Shown here one piece after another: positions 51,257 to 61,492 of a stretch of DNA of 62,214 bases. Positions within the stretch are counted from its first letter, which is position 1. Each line of letters opens with the position of its first letter. The notes under the pieces were generated by a model, which made no database searches, was not told where the DNA came from, and saw nothing but the letters and a program-made list of their open reading frames with translations. Source of the stretch: Gekko japonicus (lineage: Eukaryota); NCBI RefSeq assembly GCF_001447785.1, contig NW_015176480.1, positions 316,724-378,937 on the forward strand, read 5' to 3'. The translations under genes and the position numbers were made by a program.

Positions 51257-51890
51257 TTGACTGGAACTAGTTGGCAGCATCCATAACCACAAGATGTAAT
51301 GAACTCACTTTCTCCATGTCTGATGCACTACAGATAAGGCTGCCAGATGTGTCTTGTTTTAATAGAGTTGGGTAATACAGGGATAATAGTGTAAAACTCA
51401 TGCATATTAACTATCTGAATTTTTACTCTTGTAACAACAAAAGTCCTACTAAGAGTATCAGCCCTTCCCCCAGCACACTTTTCATCCATCAACTCCCTAA
51501 CTCAAATAAGAGGGAAAACAGACAAGTCAAAGAATGTTCAAAAGCAGCACACAACAGGTGATTCTGCATCTAGTATTTGCTCCACATTTTCTCAACTGGG
51601 AGGAAAAAGTGCAGCTCAAAACCACATAAAAATACCTCAGGGCAACAATGTACTGACTGCAAAGTCACCCCTGAATGGCCATAAACTAGCCATAAAACTA
51701 TGCAGAAGGTACAGTAAAATCTGATGATTAAAGAAAGTGAAAGCAGCATGGAATGTGAATCTGATGATCAAAGAAAGTGAAAGCAACATGCGATGCAGAG
51801 GGGACTTTCTGTTCCAGCATGGGTGTCAAGCTCAGGCCTCACTTGCCATAGAAGGCTGTCTAGCCAAACTCATGGTCTGTTGCATTAGGG

Positions 51891-52143
51891 CAGTGGTTCT
51901 CAATCTGTGGGTCGTGACCCCTTTGGGGGTCGAACGACCCTTTCACAGGGGTCGCCTAAGACCATCGGAAAATTTGTAACAATGAAAATACATCCTGCAT
52001 ATCAGATATTTACATTACGATTCATAACAGTAGCAAAATTACAGTTATGAAGTAGCAATGAAAATAATTTTATGGTTGGGGGTCACCACAACATGAGGAA
52101 CTGTATTAAAGGGTCGCGGCATTAGGAAGGTTGAGAACCACTG
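51891..52143 (+). mobile_element. SPIN (Space Invader)/URR1-like non-autonomous hAT-Charlie element
   Basis: TIR cagtggttctcaa / ttgagaaccactg. Perfect TSD CATTAGGG. The body closely matches the rodent URR1/SPIN_NA consensus as recalled (gggtcgaacgaccctttcacaggggtcgcctaagaccatcggaaaa..gtagcaaaattacagttatgaagtagcaa..ggtcaccacaacatgaggaactgtattaaagggtcgc). Confidence 0.9.
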
Positions 52144-52341
52144 CATTAGGGGTTAACTACTTTCTCAAACATGCGTATTCCACTGTTTTCATCTACATGT
52201 ACAGGGCCAAATACTTCACTGCTGTTTATCTTCTCTGCTAGGAAGGGGGAGGGAGTGGATGTGTGTGTGAATGTCTGCTTAAGTTTGATTAGTGCCAGCT
52301 TGTAGCAGTCTGCGAGACCCTGGAAAGTGTATGATCTCAGT

Positions 52342-52385
<44 letters not shown>
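52342..52385. repeat. (GTA)n microsatellite
   Basis: Direct reading; source of the poly-Tyr pseudo-ORF. Confidence 0.95.
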
Positions 52386-52386
<1 letters not shown>

Positions 52387-52989
52387 AAATTTATTGTGTA
52401 GCCATTGTGTAGCCTTGTAAAGGGGGGAGCTTCTAGATAATGTAACCCTTAATTTGCAGGTGCAGGGGGTGACCACAAGGGCCAGCTTGGATCTGAATGA
52501 GAATGAGAATATTGAGTCAGTGGTTGGCATAGGGGGGGATGTCCTGCTTGTAGTATAGGTACTGGCATCTGAAGGCCAGTTCCGACACAGAATCTGTCTA
52601 TGCTTGGAAACTCTCTACCTCTCAATAAAAAAATCTTGCTACTACAAGAGGATTTGACAGTGGGTTTCGTAAAACAACAGAGGGAAAAGCCAATGCAGAA
52701 TCAGCCAACATTTCAGATCTTATTACCCCCTTAATCAGACTCTGTTATCTGAAGGGTAAATTAACTTTTGCCTGTAACCGATAAAGACAAGAGAGTTACT
52801 CTTTCTGGCTGATGATCCTTGTATGAAAATTAACTCTTTGTCCTATAAAATTCACCTTTACGTAGTAATAATACAATACTAAGAACACTTTCCTGGGAAT
52901 AAGCCTCACTGAGTTGGTGTGACCTTTTGGGGAGGGGTGATATGTTCACTCTATATTCCATAATTTCTCCCAAGATATCTGTGGAAAGC

Positions 52990-53195
52990 TGGGTTGCCAA
53001 CCTCCAGGTGGGGCCTGGAGATTTCCTGGACTTACAATTGATCTCTAGACTACATATATCAGTTCTGGAGAAAATGGCAGCTTTGGAGGAAGAACCCTGT
53101 GGCATCACATCCCTGCTGAGTTCCATTCCCACCCCAGTCTCTGCCCCCAGGCTCCAACCTCAAATCTCCAAGACAACACGAAGATGGCAACCTTA
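52990..53195 (+). mobile_element. hAT-type MITE (AGGGTTGCCA family)
   Basis: gggttgccaacctccaggtggggcctggag ... atggcaacctta. Confidence 0.75.
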
Positions 53196-54136
53196 GCAGA
53201 AAGACTCAGAAAATTCAGCTTTGATGTTTCTATACCATTTTTAGTGTCCTGAAGAAAACACATTCTTAATCTATTCTAATTTGTCCTTCTTAGAATTGTT
53301 TACTTGTATTTTTCTTTTATCCCCTCATCAAAGTACAGCTAAATATCCAGAAGTGTTTATTCAAGTCCTTTTAGACTCCATACTAGGAGCTACCATGTTA
53401 AATAAGTTGAAAAACGAACGGGTCCTACAGCATCCTGAGCAGCAGCTGCAATACAAATTTGAGCCCACTACTCTGAGCTTCAAGCCTCCTTGCTACTCTG
53501 AGCTTCAAGCCTCCTTGCTCTCTTCTTCCCAGCAGTTATCAGAAAACTTTCTAGCTACAGTGGAAGGGTTAACCTCACTGCAACTGTGTTAATTTATAAT
53601 GGAACTGAGGGCTTTTGAATTATTTCTCAGGGAAACCTGCCGCCTTGTCACCAGTTCAGTGAGCCATGTACCAGACTAATTTGACTTACACTTATGGTCA
53701 GCTATTTGTCAAAGAGCAGGTATGGAATGGAGCTTTATATCCCATTCCTTTTGACTTATGGCTTACTTTTGACATGTGTGCCTCCAGGGAAGCACATACC
53801 TATTTTTACACCCTTCACTGATGCTTGTTCAGCCTTAGAAAAAACAGAGTTTGGGTGTACATGTGTACTTGCAAGAGAAATGAAAGGCAAATAAAAAGTT
53901 CTCAGCAAATGAAGAATCTAAGTTTTGTGAATGACCACCATCCTTCTTGCTTCCTAACCATGCTTTCCCATTCTTAACACTAGCACTTGAGGCACCCAAT
54001 GAAATTGATTGGCAGTAAGATTCAGGACAAACACAAGGAAGTAGTTCATTTTTGAAGAAGCTGAACTACACATACTTCAACTTACCGCAACATATGGTAA
54101 TAGCCACTAGCTTCCATGGAAAATATGACTACCACC

Positions 54137-54742
54137 TAGGGGTGGGCACGAACCGGCTCATGAACGAAACAAAATTTGTGATGAATTTTGGACGGTTTGT
54201 GGTTTGCTAAGTGAAGTTCATGGCAGGCCAACTGACACAAACTTTCCACAAACTTTCAAGCAGTTCATTGAGGTTTGTTGTGGTTTGTGAATGGATACAT
54301 TTCCAGACAGTCTCCACTCAATCTAAATGTTTTCCAAACTTCAAATCAGTACGGGGCAGAACTTTGAGGGCCTGTAGAAGAGCATTCAGGGGAAGTCCCC
54401 TGTGACTCTGATGTCTCAAACCTGCACAGAATCTGTTCTACATACTCCTGAACCCCTGGAACCAGCACCTGTCATTTCCCCAGAAATCACTTTCCAGGGC
54501 ACCTTCAGGGGGGGCATAATGTGGACCTTGTAAATCCAATCCTCACTAACTTGGAGGGCATGTAGAGAGGAGTCATCTGGAGATCCCCTGTGAGTTTGGT
54601 GTCTCTAGCACACTGGGGGAGCATTCTACCACACCATGAATCTCATGAATTGAACCAGTTTATTTGGCCCCTAAACGTTTGTGGTTCACAAACTGGGTAC
54701 ACCATGAACCAAACTGCATTTCCCTGTTCGTGCCCATCCCTA
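54137..54742. mobile_element. hAT-Ac-like non-autonomous element
   Basis: TIR taggggtgggcacgaac / gttcgtgcccatcccta. TSD CTACCACC/CTACCAAC (7 of 8 match). Confidence 0.8.
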
Positions 54743-54849
54743 CTACCAACAGCTAAAGTAGTAAGCCATAATTATGATAATAAAGGAAGCAAAAACCCGT
54801 TACACTCAGACAAGGTAAGAGTTTTTACAGACTTTGGGAAACAATATAT

Positions 54850-56604
54850 CAGGGGTGGCGAACAAGTTCGACAAAAAGAGCCAAAATTTTAAACTGTGAG
54901 AGTCAGAGAGCCACACCACGCAGTGACCTGCCAAAACAGACAAACACTCACAACTGTACCCCACAGCTGGCAACTGTACCCCACATCCTGGATGCAGCCT
55001 ATCCCTAGGGGGGAAAAAAACCATTTCATCCAGTTCAACAGCGCTTACTTTTCAGAGAAACTACTGGGCAACAGCCCGGTCCTAAGGCTACACTCCTGGA
55101 AACACGCCGCCCCTGATGCAACAATTCAGAAAGTTCCTGCTGGGCTTTTTCTACAAAAAAAGCCCTGGACAGATTCATAGAGATTTATCAGTGACTACTA
55201 GCCATGGTGACTGAGGGGAACTTCCACATTCAGAAGCACCAATCCTCTGAATCCCAGAGCCAGGAGGCAACATCAGGGGAAGGCCTTGGCCTCTCTGCCC
55301 TGTTATTGGACCTCCAGGTGAACTGGTTGGCCACTGTGTGAGAAATTATGCTGGACTAGACAGAATTTTCTATGGAGCCCATGAAAGTTAATTGGCATTC
55401 TTGGTTCCTGTTATATCCAGTGGAGCTTCAGGAATCTCCCGTAGTTGCCAAGGGGCATTCTTGCCATTTGTTTTGACACATCCCTGCAGCCCTACCGCAC
55501 ATCTTTTCCCTGCACTTCAGGAGGGGATGGGCGCGCTCCAGTTTGATGCACACAGGGGGGCGGGGCGGGAAGGAGGTTTCCCATGTTTAGGAGTGCCTGT
55601 CAATCCAAACTACGCGATCCAAACTTTGCAAAACTTACTTGGAAAACTGCTGGGGCAGGCAGCGCCTCCAAGCAAATCCAGCTTCCTCCAGCTCGGAGCA
55701 ACCGCGGGGGGGGGACGACGATGTCGACGCAGGGGCTCCAAGGCCCAGTGGCTTGCCCAGCTGTGTCCGCTTGCAAACAAGAGACGCCGGAGCCGAAGGG
55801 CCGGCCTCGTGGGCGGGCAGCGGCAGCAGCGCTGGGAGATCTGCGTCTCCGAGAGGGATTGGCAAAGCACTTGTGAGCGGGAGGAGAGGGGGCAGCCCGC
55901 CCCTACCCCAGCTCGGAGAGGAGGAGAAAGGAGCCTGGTGGAAAGTCCCCTGGGGCGCACGCCTCAGCCAGACCGCGGCCTGCTGGTTTGGGAAGCGGAG
56001 AGAGAAAGGGGGGAAAACAGACAAAGGGATTAAAGAGAGGAGAAAGAGAGAAAACAGGAAAGGGGGAAGAAAGTGAGAGAAGGGGAGGGAGGAGAGAGAA
56101 AAGACAGCGAAAGAAAGAAAAACAAAAAGGGAAGGGAGGGAGGGAGACAGTGATAGAGAGAAAACAGATAGGAAAAGGAAAAGTGAGAGAAAGAGGAAGG
56201 AAGGAGAGGAAACAGAGAAAGGGGAGGCCAGCGGCATTCAAAAATCCCCACGGTAGCCCGCCCTTTCCACCCCTCACGCGCCCGAAGACCCCCTCGCCGG
56301 CTTCCTCAGCTAGGGAAAGCGCCTGGGGCCAGGCCTGTTTTCAGCGGCCGCTCAGAGCTGCCGCCGCTGCCGCTCTTCCACCCCACGGCTTGAAAGGAGA
56401 CCGTTAGAAGCAGCACGGATCGACGCGCGCGCGCGCGCGCACTCACTCACACAGTCAGTTTCACCAGCGCGAGCCCCGGCAGCCCGCCCCCTCCTCTCTC
56501 GCCCAGCTCGGCTCGGGCATGGATATCGCTGGCAGGCCCCGGAGCCGCATGCATTTTGGCCGGGAGCCGCATGCGGCTCTAGAGCCGCGTATTCGCCACC
56601 CCTG
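54850..56604. mobile_element. hAT-Charlie-type non-autonomous element carrying captured genomic DNA (Pack-hAT)
   Basis: 13-bp TIR CAGGGGTGGCGAA / TTCGCCACCCCTG. Perfect TSD CAATATAT (54842-54849 and 56605-56612). Subterminal gcggctctagagccgc. Abuts an L1-like ORF2 remnant. Confidence 0.88.
55550..56517 (-). promoter_or_regulatory. CpG-island-like segment with GC boxes, canonical NF-kB site and 5'-UTR-like exons, inside the Pack-hAT
   Basis: High CpG density. GGGGACTTTCC on the minus strand at 55940-55950. GC boxes near 55557, 55897 and 56484. (CG)n at ~56425. Minus-strand donors GTGAGG (56277) and GTAAGT (55638), and acceptor CAGCAG after a ~220-nt pyrimidine tract. Confidence 0.55.
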
Positions 56605-56612
56605 CAATATAT

Positions 56613-57135
56613 AAATTATCTAAAAAACACTCATGAGATGGTACCTAACACCAGGGAAAATACATCATATAAATCCTAATCAACAACAAACCTGCTGGAA
56701 ATAGTATGGGGATCAAGGATCTTACTTTCACACTTGGTGCTCTTGTAAACATATTCAATCATTTTGGTGAATAATCCAAGCCCAAATATATATTATCGCA
56801 AACTATTTAATTCCCCTGAAACTGTTAGTAATGCTGCTAAATCTATTTCAAAATACAAACATTCCCCTAATAAGATGAGACTCAATGGCATTATTATGTG
56901 CTTCAGCCCGCATAGTTATTGCAGCAGCTTGGGAAAGCAGTAAACTCCCTTTGTTATCACATTGGTACAAGAAGGATATAGTTTTAATGGTAAAAGTTTT
57001 GGACCAACAGATGCAGATTGAATTAAATCAATATATCTCTAATTTTGTTGAACTGTGGTCCCCTATAATTGAATTTATAGCAAATAATGATTCTGTATTT
57101 CATTTCACCCACCCCAAGAAGTTCTTAGTTTTGTA
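56613..57135 (+). mobile_element. L1/Tx1-type ORF2 C-terminal fragment
   Basis: MRWYLTPGKIHHINP..TCWK*YGDQGSYFHTWCSC..; ARIVIAAAW. Confidence 0.75.
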
Positions 57136-58053
57136 ATACAGATACGTAGTTTTGTAATACAGATACGTAGTTAGTTATAGCTCTAAATACAATCATAAAT
57201 AAGTTTAGTAGTTTTGTTGTAGTTTCTTTTTAACTTAGCTATTTAGCTAGTGTTTATTTAAACTGGAAATATTATAACTGTCAAATTTATTATATTTGGT
57301 GTACTTTCTATATCACTGGTCTACATTTATATGTAAAATGGGGGGAAAGCCAGAATGGTGAACCCACTCAAGCACTCAGATATATAAGCAAATACAGTCA
57401 ATTTTATACTCAGGGACTGTATCCAAAAATATACAAAAATACATACAAGGCAAATAGCCAGAACCATACAATATCTCAGTGATAGAATAGTAGAACAATA
57501 CAAGATATAATGCTAATATAGCAGTGGACAATCATTCATTATAAAGCTTTCGCTTAATTTCGTATCAAGACTCCATCAGAAGCAAATCAACTTACACTGT
57601 GTTGTGATTTTTCTTGGTTTGTAATTGCACCTTTCTAATTTCTAAAAGCACCTCTTCTCAAGGGTTGCTAAAGTCAATGGCGGGACTAGCCCTCATAATG
57701 AGAAATCTTCAAATTACAACTTTTAACTGCTTCAATAAAGTTCTTAAGAGAAAAAGAATCTAAGAAAAAAATAAGGGCAAAAACTCTCAAAATGGCTTGA
57801 TGACATCTGTATACTATCTAGGAATAAGAAATATTGACAGAGTTGAAAACTGGTTGAAGCCTTTCCTCCCCTCCCCATTTGATCAAAATTTTACTAGATG
57901 ACATAAAACTGCACTTCTGGTTGTATAATGATTATTAGGAGTTAAGCTATTTCTCTTATTTTTTTTCTTATTTGGACTCTTTAATACCAGTTATAAACAG
58001 GTTTTATATAAGGACTTATGATTACATTTATTTTCATTATAACTGATATATGC

Positions 58054-58656
58054 TGTCATGGGTCCTGGCTCAGTCCAGTCTGACTATTCATCACATAAGG
58101 GAGAGGCACAGAACAACCCAGCCTCTTCTGGAGTCAGCCCAGAAGAGGAACCTTTGCCAGCACTTGAGAGAGAAGAGGCTCCAGCATCTGCACAGGAGGT
58201 GCAGCAAGGCAAAGAGCCTGAGGTACAGTTGGAGGAAGAGCCTGGTCCAGAGCCTGGCCCAGCATCCCCAGTTGGAGACACCTTGAGGCCAGATTCCCCA
58301 CTTAGCTCACTTGAATGTCCCAGACACAGGGCATTCCAACATCTGGATGTGCAGGTGAGAAGGAGGAGTGCCAGACTTCAGCTGTTGCAAAGGCAACATG
58401 AGGGGCTGTGAGTCTTTCCAGGTTGCCTCCCAGGGAAGGGAGGGTCCAGTTATAAGCAGCCATGTTCATCTGCCTTGGTGCGGAAGCAACCGTGCAATCT
58501 TGGACCTTGTTCTGGCTGCCAGCCTCTGCTCATCGCTCCTGAGAACTCTGATTGATCTCCCGGCTTTCTGACCCCTGGCACTGTTTCTCGGCTTGGTTGG
58601 GACTTTGCACCTAGCTTGGTATATTGTATTCATGGCAACTGGCCAAAGCCAGCACA
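58054..58656 (+). mobile_element. Probable solo LTR (~600 bp)
   Basis: Starts TGTCATG like 18669 and forms a GC-richer block in AT-rich DNA. TATAAG at 58451 downstream of the ORF. Ends ..cagcaCA. The TSD is only partial (TATGC/TATAT), so the right boundary is approximate. Confidence 0.62.
58058..58411 (+). other. Intact 117-aa ORF in LTR U3 (acidic body, PDSP, RRRSARL)
   Basis: Starts at the ATG of the terminal TGTCATG. Same layout as 18673-18987. Confidence 0.5.
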
Positions 58657-58859
58657 TATATTAAGTTTTGGTTACTCTAATAGAATGAAGTCTGGAACAC
58701 ATTAAAAAGATAAGAAGAAAGGAAAAGATGAAGATCAGGGCATTGTATAGGTTATGAAGGGAATATCATGCAGTGGCAATTCAAGTGCAACAATCTGAGG
58801 AAAGAACTCAGAGCAGCATTAAAAAATCTGAGGAAAGAACCTTCACAACCAAGCTTAAT

Positions 58860-59720
58860 TTCAGTAGATAAAATTCTTAGATATGAAGATCTTTTAGATG
58901 ATAATGGATTTCTAAAAATAAAGGAAGATTTAACAAAGTAAGGTGTTAATTTAGATTGGTGAACAAGGGTTCAAATTGAATCTAGATATATTAAAGATAG
59001 AAAATCTGGTTTTTATTTAGAACAATGTGCATTTGAAAAATTGTTATGTACATGTAATGATAACTTGATTAAGAAAATGTATGTATTTTAATGCAAGTGA
59101 AAATGGAGGATGAAGTGGTTAAAGAGTGTGTGATTAAATGGATTCAAAATCTAGGTTATAATATTGATCTTGCACAGTGGAGTAAACTGTGGAAAGTGAA
59201 TGTGAAAATGACCAAATTGGTTGCATTTAAAGAGAATCTGTATAAGGTGTTCTATAGATGGTATTTAACACCAGATAGATTAGCTAAAATGTACAAAAAT
59301 ATGTCTAATAGTTGCTGGAAGTGTAGAAAACATGTAGGTATGTTTTACCATATGTGGTGGACATGCGAAATTGTATGTAAATTCTGGGTTATGGTGCATA
59401 CATTTATACAGACAGTTCTGTAGACTTCAATACCTTGTCAATCAGAAAAGTTTTTATTGAATTGTATACCAGATGATTTTGACAAAAATAAAAGATATTT
59501 TATAATTCATGTAGTAACAGCAGCTATAATTTTATTTGCAACTTTTTGGAAACTTCCAACAATACCCTCTGAATAAGACCTAATAATGAAGACCACGGAA
59601 AGTGCAGAAATGTACAAACTTACTTTGATCTTAAAGGGCAAATGGAAGAAGATTTTGTTGGACTATGGACTCCTTTTTATGATTGGATAAGAAAGAAATA
59701 CAAAGATATGAACTTTTTGA
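58860..59720 (+). mobile_element. L1-clade LINE ORF2 C-terminal region
   Basis: KENLYKVFYRWYLTPDRLAKMYKNMSNSCWKCRKHVGMFYHMWWTC..FW (L1 C-terminal Cys-rich zinc knuckle). Confidence 0.88.
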
Positions 59721-59899
59721 TAATATAATATGAAGAAGCCTTTATGGACTTTTAAAATTTCACAGTCTATCTTTTGTACTGTGAAATGATATGTGGAGAA
59801 GAGTTATATGCAGAAGACTTTCCCTTTCTCCCCTTACCCCTGTATATCCTAAAAATCTAGTAAAGTGTATTTTTAAAAAATCTTTAAAAAGAACCCAGA

Positions 59900-61492
59900 G
59901 AAGTACTCAAGAAGCACGGCAAGAATTATTGGCTGGATTATCAGAAATAAATAAAAAATTACAAGCACAAGAAATTGTAAGGCAAAGCAAAAAGATAACA
60001 ATATGCAATTAGAAAGGCAAGATTGTTGGATTGAGAAAGTTGACAAAAAATTGAAATCTTGGAAACTTGATGTAGATCTAATAATCTGTGTTTCAGGGGC
60101 ATCTCAGAAGATTCTGAGAGGTCAATTTTGGAAGAGAGCTCCCATGGTCTACTTCAGGACTATTTAAAGATTCAAGGAGACTTCCCCCAATATAGACCAG
60201 ATATTCAGAGTAAATTCAAGATTTGGATCTAAGAACAAGTTACACCGAGCCATACTGGTCTGTTTCACTCACAAGAAAACATGAGATGCAATATTAAAGA
60301 AAAAAGAGAGAATCTCTACATAAAGTAGTTGAAAAAGAAGTGCAGATTTTTCAGGATCTATCAACAAGTGTGTTAAGGAAAAGAAAATATTCTGACTTTC
60401 TGAGACAGATCCTACAAAAGAAAGAAACAAAATATCAGTCAAAGATATTTACAGACCAAAATCCTATAAAAGCAATCTGGCAATGGAATAGAAAAATAAC
60501 AGGAAGATGGAGATTGAATGATGCTCTTTTTCTACTGCAAGAAGACATAGTAAGGAAGTGCAAAAAGGACCTGGGAGAGTTTTTCAAAAGAAATAACATG
60601 GGCCCTGACCTGGATAGCTCAGGAAAGCCTGATCTCGTCAGATCTCGGAAGCTAAGCAGGGCCAACCCTGGCAAGCAATTGGAAGGGAGACCTCCAAGAA
60701 ATACCAAGGTTTGGGACGCAGAGGCAGTCTATCAAGCCACCTCTCTGAAAAATGTCCAATCCCCCAGGAGGGGTTGCCAGATGTCACCATGACTTCCAGA
60801 CATGCAAGCACATACACACACACAAATACCCACAAATAAATAAATAACACAAAAGGAATGTCCTCAGCTACAATTTGGGAAGCAAGTAAGACCCTTATTA
60901 GAGGAATCTTACTAGCTGTTTCCACCAAAAAAGAAATTAGAAAAATCAGAACAAAGAAAGATGATAGTAGAAAAAACCTAGAGGCTGGAACAGGAGCACA
61001 AAAATAATCTTAACAAAGAGACACTAGCAAAGATTAGACAACTAAAACACCAATTAGACATGCCAGAAGTAGATTAAAATTCCCAGAACAAATTAAATTT
61101 CCCAGAACAAAATCATTTTGAATATACGAACAAACCAGGCTGATATTTGGCATTCTGTCTCAGGAAGGAGAAAGAAAAAAAGTCATAGCAGCTGTAAAGA
61201 AAGGAGATCAAATCACTTATGTAAAAAGAGAAATGCAGAAGCACTTTAGCAATGTTTTTTCCAGGATTATACAAAAAGAAGACTGTTCCAGAAGAAGGAT
61301 TAAGAGAATATCTAAAAGATATTCTGATCATAAAGTTTATATCAGAACACAGAACATTTCTGAATAAAACAATAGCGATTCAAGAAATCTCTCTGGCAAT
61401 AAAGAATATGAAAAAGGATAAGGCACCAGGCCCAGATGAGTCGACAGCAATGTATTACAAACACTTTGAAGAAGTTTTAATGATACTGTTAC
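59900..61492 (+). mobile_element. Decayed L1-clade LINE (ORF1 remnant and ORF2 EN-RT linker)
   Basis: ORF1-like IDQIFRVNSRF and QIFQDLSTSVLRKRK. ORF2-like WRLNDALF, IWEASKTLIRG, FEYTNKPG, and EISLAIKNMKKDKAPGPD..YYKHF. Interrupted by a 5S SINE and truncated by an LTR. Confidence 0.8.
60602..60810 (+). mobile_element. 5S rRNA-derived SINE
   Basis: gcctgatctcgtcagatctcggaagctaagcagggccaaccctggcaagcaattggaagggagacc matches the 5S rRNA internal region. Confidence 0.75.

Noticed and set aside
55392-56407. Long GC-rich ORFs (213, 200, 145 and 139 aa) and CpG island as SORCS1 exon 1
   Set aside because: No frame in the ORF track contains a signal peptide or the FALTGDSAHNQAMVHWSGHNSS end of SORCS1 exon 1. 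The block is bounded by hAT TIRs and a TSD, and the ORFs are low-complexity.
51717-57172. Short direct duplications (~40 bp at 51717, ~25 bp at 53468, 21 bp at 57127)
   Set aside because: Ordinary slippage-type tandem duplications with no further structure.
60602-60720. 5S rRNA gene
   Set aside because: Only the internal part matches 5S. The 5' and 3' ends are SINE-specific and there are three diverged dispersed copies.
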